The notes under the pieces: model-generated | What the model was told of the DNA's origin: nothing | Seen by the model: only the letters and a program-made list of their open reading frames with translations | Databases searched by the model: none | Position numbers and translations under genes: made by a program | From: Veleropilina oligotropha | Taxonomy: Eukaryota | Assembly (NCBI GenBank): GCA_048128005.1 | Contig: JBEUKZ010000075.1 | Location: 1-64,000, forward strand | Reading direction: 5' to 3' | Length of the DNA stretch: 64,000 nucleotides | Part shown: positions 34,278 to 43,614 of the stretch, piece by piece | How the letters are laid out: each line of letters opens with the position of its first letter | How positions within the stretch are numbered: the stretch's first letter is position 1

Positions 34278-37200
34278 CAGCTGCTGCTCCCTCGTTTTCG
34301 GTTACATTCCAGACACGTTAAGCGCACGTTGTCGCGGATGTGGCCCCTGCCGTTGTCCACACGGTCGACACTGAACTGCTGTGTGTCTTTGGGCTGGTAG
34401 GCCCAGAGCAGCTCTATGTTGCATGCTGCGCATCGGTTGTTTTGGGCTTCTTTGAGCTGCAGGATGTCATCGACCTTGAGGTTAAATCCCGGGAGATCCT
34501 TGGCCTGGTCCTGGCGTTTGTACGCCACGAGCTTTCTCTGGATGGTCTTTCGGAGCTGTTGCTTGCTCTGCTGCGCTTGGGGCGGCCTGTCCTCAGAACC
34601 CTCATCTGGAGGACAGGTTACCCGCTCGAGCTGACGCAGCAGCTCCACCCGGGACACGGCTAGGTAGGCGAGATTACTCCACTGAAGGTAGTCATCGATG
34701 ATCCAGACCCTCTGCGGGTCGTGAATCGTAAGACCCTGGCTCGAATGGATGGTGAGAGCATAGCCCAGGCGCCAATCCGTGGTCAGGATAGCCCGCTCAG
34801 CGGCGTCAATGGTGACCTCTACGACGTCGTTCAGAACTAGCTCCTCTCTTTCGTCGGTGCCCGGAATCGTTACCATGATGTTTTGCTTACGGGTGTCCCT
34901 GGGGTGGTACAGGATAGGTACCGGGGAGTCTGGGAAGTGCTCCTTGTGCCTCTGGAGCAACAGCTGTTGAGCCCGTTCGCGGACCTTCTGACGGCTGGTG
35001 AGGATTAGGTCGCCTGGCCTCCAGGTGTTGACGAACCGATCCCATCCGAGGCAGCTCGGGAGAGTCCGTCGCATCTCGTCGCACTGGACTTTGTCAGGCT
35101 GGAGACGTATACGTCTTTTCAGGGCTTGGAGGGCAGGGTCGTCTTTCGCCCTGTAGTCTACTTCGATCTCTTCATAGTAGTCCGCGGTCTTTCGCAGCCA
35201 ATCGTGCGGCATCTCGCCCGTAATCGGTGGTGGCTGGCCTTGATCGCCACAGCAGATAACCTGCACTTCGTGCTGGCCCAGCCAGTCCAAGAACATCTCG
35301 AGGATAGGCCGGGGAACAGTACAGACCTCGTCCCAGATAATGACGCGGGGGATGAACTTCTGACCCATGCGGTCAGGCGTCCAGTCATTCTGGCCGCTCC
35401 ATCGGAAGAAACTGTGGTAGGTCTGGGCTTTGACGCCTCTGGTTCGCATCTCTTTAGCGAGGCGGTGGGTTGGCGTGAACACGGTGGGATTCCTTGCCCG
35501 GAAGAGCTCGATCGCTCTCGTAGTCTTGCCACAGCCCCCTCCACCGTTGAGGTAACTCAGGCGATGGTGGGTCAGCCTGTCACTGTAGCATGGCGTGGTG
35601 CTTGGCTGGCTGGAATTGGCGGCACAACAATACTCTGGCTTGGGTAGGTATGCGGCATGTTCCTGTGGCATATACAGCTGTTCGCCCTTGTCACGCCACT
35701 GGGCCGGTGCTACTGGCGGAAGGTACGGCTCTGCGATCAGACAGGAGATGCACGATTGGCTGCGACAGTCGCAGAGTTTGGGGGCAACGTACACCGTGAC
35801 ATCGTCGAGCTTCTCCAACGAGGCCTTCTTGAGGTAGATGCTGTCAGTGGCTACCCGGACAGCTTCTGCTGCACTGAAACGCTGGACCATGCTCAAGAGG
35901 TTTATGTGGGCATAGGCCAACATGCTGGCCCTCAGGTGGGTGTACTGTGGCTGGGAGCCATCATAGTACGTGAGGATGTGCCCCATAGGGCACCTTTGAG
36001 GTGCGCCGACCAGGGTACCGCTTTGGCGGGTGTCTCGTACCAGGAAGTCGAGCTCCCCCTGGTCGGTCACCAGTCTCCGTGTCAATCGTTTACCCTCGGC
36101 CTTGGCGCCTTGGGTGAATTTGCCGATGATACTGCAGCCCTTGTCACGATTCTCCGGAAGCCAGACATCGGTCTGGGCTTTGAATGCGATAATGGCCTCT
36201 CGGATCTTGAGGCTTTTTAGCAGTCCAGATTCTACGAGGAAGGCGAGCAGCGGGGTTGGTGCCCAGCTATTTTCTGCAAAGTGCTTGCCAAACCAGGCGG
36301 GGATGACGGGGTGGATGTCTTGTGCGAACTCCCATTCCACGACCTCAGCAAACCCGGTGCCGATATCTTCGGGAAGAGGACCGTTTATTGCAACCCGGGT
36401 CATGCTGTGGAGTGGGTGCCCGAATCTTTCGAAATAGGGCTTAGCCTCGCCCTGCCCCAGAAAGCTGGCAGGGTAGCAGGCTTTCATGTCGATGCAGCAG
36501 ATATCGCCCGTGTCGTAATTCATGGAATTCCAAAGGCCGCCGTGACCATGCTCTACGCAGGCCTTCTGGATATCATCGAGCAGGGTCGCTGGGGTGGGTT
36601 TCCAGCCGTTAGTCTCCTTGGCCATAATGCTAGCTGCATGGTTCTCGCCAAAGGCTCGATCGGCAAGAGACTCATTCCCCAGCGCTGTACAGGCTTCTTG
36701 GAGTCTCTCGTGAGCCTCTTTTGTCCGGTAAGTGCGGCCATCTTGCAGCACGAACTGGTCCACGCCGAGCTGTCGGTCTTTACCGCCTAGGAGCCAGACA
36801 GCCAATGGCTCATTCTGTTTGGCTTGTCGAATAGCTTCCCAGACATCGCCCTCATACAGGTGGACCTCTCTACTTTGCGGGAAGTGTAGGTCCTTCGACC
36901 AGGCGTGGCCGTTGTGACAGATGAGTTCTACTTTACCTCTCACCCCGTTGCCACCAAACTGGTATTTCCCACTGTTGTAGATGTCCGCATCTGCAATGTC
37001 TCGCAAGATAATCGCCCACTTCAGTATCTTCTCGAGGATGGATATATCATCCACAGTGGCGCCTGTTCCATGGACTCGCTCTTCCCACTCCAGTATTTTC
37101 TGCCGCCTTGTCGGGGTGAGTCCGTTTCCTCTCAGGGCACCTTCGAAGTGCTCAACCACTCGTTGGGCAACGCAGTTGAGGTCGCCGTTCTTCATCGGAA

Positions 37201-38140
37201 CCAGATTGGCGGGGTTTGGTTCTCTGAGAGGATAGATGCCGTAGACGACTGCAGTGACCGGGTAGGCGTTCTCGTAATATACTTTGTCGACCCCAGTGAT
37301 AGCACCCGGCTTAGTGTCCTGAGAGATCTCAAAGACACCCTGGCCCTTCTTTCTCGCAGCTTTCACCGGGTCAAACTTGTCTTCGACCATCCAGTCACCT
37401 TCACCCCACTCACGCAAGAACTTGATTCTCAGGAGAAACTCGCCCTTTGGAAGGGCTGTGAGGAGCTGTGCCGCCCTTGCATCTGTCATACGGGCATCCA
37501 GGGCCAGCCGTCCAGCCACTTCTACCCTCCATGTGGAGAAGGCCGCCGCGGCGCCATCGACCTCAAACTCGTCTTTGGCGTCGCTCAAGAGTTCCACCCA
37601 TGGCTCTTTTGCTGGGAGCCTTACTGGGGGAGGGACCTGGTCATCCAGGTCGATGAATCGTTGTCCCTCGGGTGTGGTAAATTGCCCTAGAAGATCCTTC
37701 TGGTAGTCCTGGGCTGTCCGGGGCGTTTTGTAGATGAGAAGATCGGGCCCCTTCCGAGCAATAGCATGGGCAAGGGTCTCTTTCCGAGACCGCTTGACGA
37801 TTCGATCCGTGATGGCGCGAAGTGGCTTCAGTCGAATCCCCGGCGTTTTCTCAGCCTGGGATTCGTATTTACGAGCCTGCAGGGCGGCGTCGACCTCGTC
37901 CTTAATCTGCCGCAACTCGCGAGCACGTCGGCCTCTTTTGTGGGGGTTCTCCACATCTCCACGTATGGAGGGGAACCTTCCCGTGTTCATCGCCCGCTCG
38001 AGTCTCCTCCGAAACTCCGCAGCACGGACCCTGGCGATTGCCCTGATGAGGTCGTGCTTCTTGAGCTTCGACCGAGCGGGAATCCCATAATCTTTCGCTA
38101 GATTGCGCAGGTCATCCATGTTGCTGGGGGGGGTATACAC
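34274..38140 (-). CDS. Multidomain replicase: Rho_N/HeH + OTU-like protease + divergent family-B polymerase + SF1 helicase + HNH-like nuclease
   Basis: DLRNLAKDYGIPARSKLKKHDLI; GDLNC...HNGHAW; GHGG, IDMKACYP, SIIGKF, VATDSIY; GGGGCGKT, TPTH, TYHSFF, IIWDE, GDQGQPPP, YR, YALTIHSSQG, YLAVSR; CAAC...SVDRVDNGRGHIRDNVRLTCLECN. Confidence 0.85.
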   Translation of the reverse strand: MYTPPSNMDDLRNLAKDYGIPARSKLKKHDLIRAIARVRAAEFRRRLERAMNTGRFPSIRGDVENPHKRGRRARELRQIKDEVDAALQARKYESQAEKTPGIRLKPLRAITDRIVKRSRKETLAHAIARKGPDLLIYKTPRTAQDYQKDLLGQFTTPEGQRFIDLDDQVPPPVRLPAKEPWVELLSDAKDEFEVDGAAAAFSTWRVEVAGRLALDARMTDARAAQLLTALPKGEFLLRIKFLREWGEGDWMVEDKFDPVKAARKKGQGVFEISQDTKPGAITGVDKVYYENAYPVTAVVYGIYPLREPNPANLVPMKNGDLNCVAQRVVEHFEGALRGNGLTPTRRQKILEWEERVHGTGATVDDISILEKILKWAIILRDIADADIYNSGKYQFGGNGVRGKVELICHNGHAWSKDLHFPQSREVHLYEGDVWEAIRQAKQNEPLAVWLLGGKDRQLGVDQFVLQDGRTYRTKEAHERLQEACTALGNESLADRAFGENHAASIMAKETNGWKPTPATLLDDIQKACVEHGHGGLWNSMNYDTGDICCIDMKACYPASFLGQGEAKPYFERFGHPLHSMTRVAINGPLPEDIGTGFAEVVEWEFAQDIHPVIPAWFGKHFAENSWAPTPLLAFLVESGLLKSLKIREAIIAFKAQTDVWLPENRDKGCSIIGKFTQGAKAEGKRLTRRLVTDQGELDFLVRDTRQSGTLVGAPQRCPMGHILTYYDGSQPQYTHLRASMLAYAHINLLSMVQRFSAAEAVRVATDSIYLKKASLEKLDDVTVYVAPKLCDCRSQSCISCLIAEPYLPPVAPAQWRDKGEQLYMPQEHAAYLPKPEYCCAANSSQPSTTPCYSDRLTHHRLSYLNGGGGCGKTTRAIELFRARNPTVFTPTHRLAKEMRTRGVKAQTYHSFFRWSGQNDWTPDRMGQKFIPRVIIWDEVCTVPRPILEMFLDWLGQHEVQVICCGDQGQPPPITGEMPHDWLRKTADYYEEIEVDYRAKDDPALQALKRRIRLQPDKVQCDEMRRTLPSCLGWDRFVNTWRPGDLILTSRQKVRERAQQLLLQRHKEHFPDSPVPILYHPRDTRKQNIMVTIPGTDEREELVLNDVVEVTIDAAERAILTTDWRLGYALTIHSSQGLTIHDPQRVWIIDDYLQWSNLAYLAVSRVELLRQLERVTCPPDEGSEDRPPQAQQSKQQLRKTIQRKLVAYKRQDQAKDLPGFNLKVDDILQLKEAQNNRCAACNIELLWAYQPKDTQQFSVDRVDNGRGHIRDNVRLTCLECNRKRGSSSC

Positions 38141-38167
38141 TAGGATTTCAGTTCTCTAATATGAAAT

Positions 38168-38461
38168 TTACGCGTGGTAAATTGCAGCCATACGGAGAAA
38201 CTCTCTCTCGAAGGCTCGATTCTTTCGTCGCCAATCCCTAACGTTCGCAGTCTGATACCCACAGCCCTTACACAGCGTAAACCGGTTGAAAACGCCCTTC
38301 CCGCATTTGCTGCAGGGTTTTGTGCCCCGGCCATTTCGCCGTTGCCGAGCCAGGTGGACTTTGCAAAACTCTCTCAAGCATCTCTTACCACATAACTCCG
38401 TGGAGCTGATGGTGAGCCATTGACAGGTGTCCGTGCCCCACATATTGATAGCGGATATCAT
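38168..38461 (-). CDS. Small Cys-rich, putative zinc-binding viral protein
   Basis: C-x10-C-x3-C-x4-CxxH followed by CxxC-x10-CxxC; co-oriented with and upstream of the replicase. Confidence 0.65.
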   Translation of the reverse strand: MISAINMWGTDTCQWLTISSTELCGKRCLREFCKVHLARQRRNGRGTKPCSKCGKGVFNRFTLCKGCGYQTANVRDWRRKNRAFEREFLRMAAIYHA

Positions 38462-38604
38462 CGCATATACCAGTCTCTAAATAGGTTATGACACTAACAC
38501 ACAAGAGCCCGGGCCGGCGAGGGTAGTGGGCCGTCCCTACGGGCTCTTACTACATACTACTATATCGGCATGTTAGACGCTGTGTAGTTATACTTGAAAT
38601 CAAC

Positions 38605-38778
38605 ATGCCGCAGAAAGACGTTCCCATGTTGCGCAGCGCGAAAAGTTCCCGCCGCAAGGCCCCTGCCAAGGCTCCTGCCAAGGCTCCTGCCAAGGCTCCT
38701 GCCAAGGCTCCTACCAAGACTCCTACCAAGACGCCTGCCAAGGCTCCTGCCAAGGCCCCTGCCAAACGTCGTCCCTAG
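38605..38778 (+). CDS. 57-aa basic KAPA-repeat (histone H1 tail-like) protein
   Basis: Manual translation MPQKDVPMLRSAKSSRRKAPAKAPAKAPAKAPAKAPTKTPTKTPAKAPAKAPAKRRP*; caacATG context; shorter than any ORF in the track. Confidence 0.7.
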   Translation: MPQKDVPMLRSAKSSRRKAPAKAPAKAPAKAPAKAPTKTPTKTPAKAPAKAPAKRRP

Positions 38779-38791
38779 TCCCACCCCTGGC

Positions 38792-38985
38792 TCTGTACAC
38801 ACAGTAACTTTTTGTAATACACGATATACCCTGGGGTCTGAAAGGGTGCTGGGAGCCTCCACAGCGGGCCCCGGGGCCCTAGTCTAAACTCCCCTGCTGA
38901 CTAGTCCGAGCTACCCTGAGTTCTGAAATAGGGCTGGGAGCCGTATTTTCCCATTCTAAAAAGTGCATTCACCCCCCCTGCTGCT
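38792..38985 (-). repeat. Right TIR of the endogenous virus
   Basis: Reverse complement of 23361-23565. Confidence 0.95.
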
Positions 38986-41900
38986 GCAGCGTATTTGTCA
39001 GAGAGCAAGCCACAGACATACCAGAGTTTCCTGAGGTTGCATTCAATACCAAACTGTCCAGCCTAGGAGTGGAAGACATCTGTAAAGAGCTGAGGAACTT
39101 GAACGTGGGCAAGTCACCTGGACCTGATCAACTTCACCCTCGTGTGCTCCGTGAAGGTCATGCGAGAGGTCATGCTCGATGAACTTGCTAGCTACAATTG
39201 ACAAAAAGGACAGAATCCCCCGATGAGAACATACCAATAGATACACTATATTTAGACTTCACCAAAGCATTCGACACAGTTCCTCACCAAAGACTATTTA
39301 CCAAAGTACATGGATATGGTATATATGGTAGTCACTAGTGCCCTGCAGTGGATTAAAACCTTCCGTATAGGAAGAAGACACTGAGTACTGATCCAAGGGA
39401 AATAATTTGGTTGGGCACCAGTGAACAGCGGTATTCCTCAAGGGGGTGTTCTTGGCCCAGTCTTATTTCTATGCTTTATAATGACCTGCCCAATGGAATC
39501 CAGTCTGTATGTCAAATATTTGCAGATGACACTAAACTCATCTCTCCTGTAGAAGATGAAGAAGACCAAGCAAGATTACAAGAAGACTTGGACAAGCTGG
39601 ATGCATGGTCGGACGCATGGTCGCTACGATTCAATGCGGGAAAGTACAAAGTCCTCCACATGAGAGCACATAACGTGAACCCCACTTACACATTGCAAGA
39701 GGGAGAAGAGAAACGGATACTTGAGACTACAGAGCTACAGAAAGACCTAGGGATACACATAGACACAGAACCCAAGTTTTCAAAGCACACAGAGAAGCAG
39801 GTAATAAAGCAAACAGGATGCTCTCCATGATACGAAGATCGTACACCCGTCATGAGAAAGAGTCGCTAAAAATGCTCTTCTGTGCCCTAGTTAGACCACA
39901 CCTGGAGTACTCGGTCGTAGCTTGGTCACCACGCCTTGAAAAGGATAAAAAAATATCATTGAGGGAGTGCAGCGGAGAGTCACAAAGCTGATCAGGAACC
40001 ACATGAATTTGGACTACGAGAAAAGTTTGGAAGAAATGAAATTACCCAGCATGGTCTATAGAAGAGCCAGAGGCGATATGATCGAATTCTGGAAGTATCG
40101 CCACAAGAAATATGACATATGTAAACACCCACATTGAACAGGGACGGACAAGAGGGCATAGCCTGAAAATTAATAAACCAAGATGCAACAAGAGCCTGAG
40201 ACAGCATTTCTTCACCCAACGAGTTATTACCACTTGGAACAACCTGCCAGATCTCGTCGTTACCGCCCGTACAATCAACATCTTCAAAAACCGACTAGAC
40301 AATGTTTGGGCGCACCACCAATTCAATACTAACTTACACTTTTACTCACCTCAAATCAAATAAGTCTAGAAGACGGCGTTTATTCAGATACCAACTCAGA
40401 ACAGCTGAAAGGCAGTTAACCTGACGCAGTTGGCAAGGATAAAGTAAGGCAAAGTAAAGAATTACTAGACTGCGTATACTATCAAATTTTTTACAATTAA
40501 CCATGTGAAACCCCCCTCCTGTATTCTGAGGATGCAAATGTGATATTTCTTAAATTGTGAATACATGTAATAGCACATGAACAGTCTGCTGTACAATTAT
40601 GCTCCATAGAATGGTGGCTGTCGCTAGATGTAGAGACCTCAAGGATACAGTACCGGGTATGTGCGATCATAATTATGAACTCGGATATATACACCTTATG
40701 GGCACCGCTAAGAATAAGGGGGGATACCCCTACCAACCCGGCTCCTAAGCCTACATAAGTCATGAAGAAAAAATCGACTTTCGTTCGACCAGTAAACCTA
40801 CGTAAAATTCTATTGACGCCGAGCTAAACACCACCAGTCACTGTTTTGTGATCCATTGATAACAACGGACGTCAGTTCGATCTTCGGGCTCTATTACCCG
40901 TCTGATTTGACACTATGTCGGTCCGTTCTTTCGGACAGGCGACTTATCATGAACGGATAACGTCTGGTGAGTCTCAGAAGAGCTGTATCTTCCCTAGCCA
41001 AGAACTTTTAAGCAGCTGTCAGCTGATGAGGCCACGTTGATGAAATCGGGAAGTCCTTCATTAAGACTACAAGAAATCACATGAAATCAATTGATTTTAG
41101 AACAAATCTAACTGTACTGACGGTGTATTAAAACCTGATGACGATGAATTGATGTTTAACGACCATGTCAACGGTATTTCAGTCATAAATATGGTCTATC
41201 AACTTTGAATGATGGAATAAATTAGTGCATGCTGTGTGCAATGGAGGCAGCGATTATGATTTAAAATTCCCTGGATTCCAGGGTCCAAGATTATAAAGAC
41301 TCTATGAAAGTCAGCTCAGACTCTGCAATGATCAAGAGTGTTGATTTGAGTACGAAACAGTCACCAGAGTCTGAGATCGTACTCAGCAGACCTTTATAAT
41401 CTTGGGCCCATGAGATTGAACCCATGACATTCCGTTACGAGACATCACCGTATCCACTCACCCTTACTGTCGCATGTATTGAAACCTAACTTTTACCACA
41501 TCATTTAAGACAAATAAATATGTATAGGTTATACCACGAGGTTTGGTTGTCTAATCGGAAAAGCCTGCAGTTAATCAACGAGGCGCGAAACGCAGAGTTG
41601 ATTAACTGCACGGGCTTTTCCGATTAGATAACGCAAACCGTGTGATATAATCGACTTAAAGTGCAAAAGTGTAAAATAATTTAAAATATATGATTTTAAT
41701 AACTTTATACACCTATTTTTAGTGTAAGAAAGTAGTCCCCCGTGGTCTAACTGACAATATGGCCAGTTAGACCACGGGCCAAGACAATAGAATGACGTCA
41801 TAAAAATGGTTAAATGAAGGATACAATTTATAAGCAGGGGCGGATGCAGGAATTTGAAAATGTAGGGGTACATTATCAACTGACCGCGTGGGACTCCAAA

Positions 41901-42249
41901 AAATTAACAGTGTGACAGCACAAAACTCGATATTTCTTACTATCAAAATAGTGACGGTTAAAAAGTGGTGGTCCGGACCCCCTGGATCCGCACTAGATGT
42001 GTTTTATTGCCAAAGGTGTATAGTTTTGTACATGAATAACATTCTGTGAAATAAGTTATACAAACATTTGTAAAAATTTGTGTTGACAAACGTACGTTTG
42101 AAGACAAATAAAACTGTATTCCCACTTGTATGTTGTATACATTGATCGTAGCCTAGCAGTGATACATATTGCTTTGGTTCCCCTGCGATGTTTATCTTAT
42201 AATAATGTGAAGATGTATCTGCGCTTTCTCACATACTGTATACGAGATG

Positions 42250-42545
42250 CGTGCTCAAAGCGCTTACATTATTATTCCCTGGTTATTGGCCTGTTCATTC
42301 AATATTCCTTCTCAACTCTCTCTGAGAGTATTACGCCCAAGTACATGCCTGTTAGGCGCTTGACCAGTCATTCTAACATATTCTGCCACTGCCAACCAGG
42401 TACCCATTTATATCTCGGATCGGCTGGGTGAACCGAGGCAATATATGCTTAATTCCTTGCCCAAGTGAAGTCGCCGGGATCGGATCCCAAACCTATCGAC
42501 GAGAGGCCAGTGCCTCTACCACTGTACCACGGCTGCCACGGAGTA
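42250..42545 (-). mobile_element. tRNA-derived SINE (second copy at ~43500-43606 on the plus strand, split)
   Basis: A-box-like TGGTACAGTGG, gatcccggcga...ggcaaggaattaagcatata shared with 43565-43606, then tcacccagc...aaatgggtacc core. Confidence 0.6.
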
Positions 42546-43614
42546 ATTTCGACTGGTGAGAACGAACGAAAGGCTGTGATTGAGATATACTTTTCTTTTG
42601 ATATTTGAAGTCCGACTTCAAAAGTGGACTAGATTTATACAGTGAACATGATTCGTCTGCATCTTGGGCTCTGGTGTCGAACAATACCGCTATAGTACCA
42701 TTTTTATACAACAGTAATCGATCTTACAAAGGGTGATTGCTTCAATCCTGCAATGTATACAGTATGCATTGCCTAGACAACGGTCGTACCCCATAAACAC
42801 AAGGGGTCATATCAGATATTTGACGGTATTGATATCACCCTTTTCCTACCTGATATGGTAACGGGGTTTATAACAAGTAATACACTGATGATACTCTGCG
42901 TGATATGACCATCAAATCTCGGTTGCGCCTCGATCTAATAGTCGACCATCAGTGTATTATTTAATATATATTATTCGTTATTTGTACCCACATCATTTTT
43001 GGAAAAACATTGTCGGCCCTGGCTCTTTTTTACAGGAGCGGGTAGGAGGAATTATGTTGAATTCATATATATTCATGATGTGCTCGTAACGCTTGTTTAA
43101 ATATAGCATCGAATATGTATTTCAACGGTTCACATGGTTTGGCAATCACGAAGAACAGAATTTTGAAAAAGAGTATCCAATAAAATGCTATTTTTTCATT
43201 TTTATAGTTAACATATTTACAAAAATCAAAAGATATTTTTACACAATAGGTACAAAATCGGCCATGAAATAATATCAGATAATTCACATTTTGAAGTTAT
43301 GAGATTCAACACGAGACAAACGGCAGAACGGAATGGGAACTTGCGCTGTGGCATATCGTTGGGTGACACCTTGTCGCCAGTTAATTGCATTGATATTGAT
43401 ACAGTCAGTACACATTGACAAAAAGTGAAATAGTAAATAAGAGTTCACAGATGACAAATAAAATGCTTTTATTTATAAGCTTTTTAGAGAAAATGTAAGC
43501 CGCCGTGGCAGGCTCAGTGGTAGATACAGGGGCCTCTAGTCGAGAGATTTGGGTGTTCAATCACCGATCCCGGCGAATTTCCTTAGGCAAGGAATTAAGC
43601 ATATAGTCCAACAG

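Larger units (their letters stand above)
23361..38985. mobile_element. Endogenous Polinton-like / adintovirus-like dsDNA virus (15.6 kb), apparently complete
   Basis: TIRs with AGCAG...CTGCT ends; 5-bp TSD GCAGC (23356-23360, 38986-38990); removing it restores the LINE frame KAEVLNRFCSVFVRE; GC-rich, gene-dense, no apparent introns; capsid, ATPase, integrase and replicase ORFs open. Confidence 0.93.

Noticed and set aside
34340..38101. Numerous plus-strand ORFs overlapping the replicase
   Set aside because: Antisense shadows in GC-rich coding DNA.
38550..38887. ORFs with LLPR, GALA and SLGR repeats
   Set aside because: Alternative frames of the same 12-bp repeat, with non-ATG starts or running into the TIR; the KAPA frame is the most plausible.
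23361..38985. Bacterial prophage or contaminant explanation for the GC-rich island
   Set aside because: Precise insertion with a TSD into a eukaryotic LINE, an rve integrase and a Polinton-type gene set.
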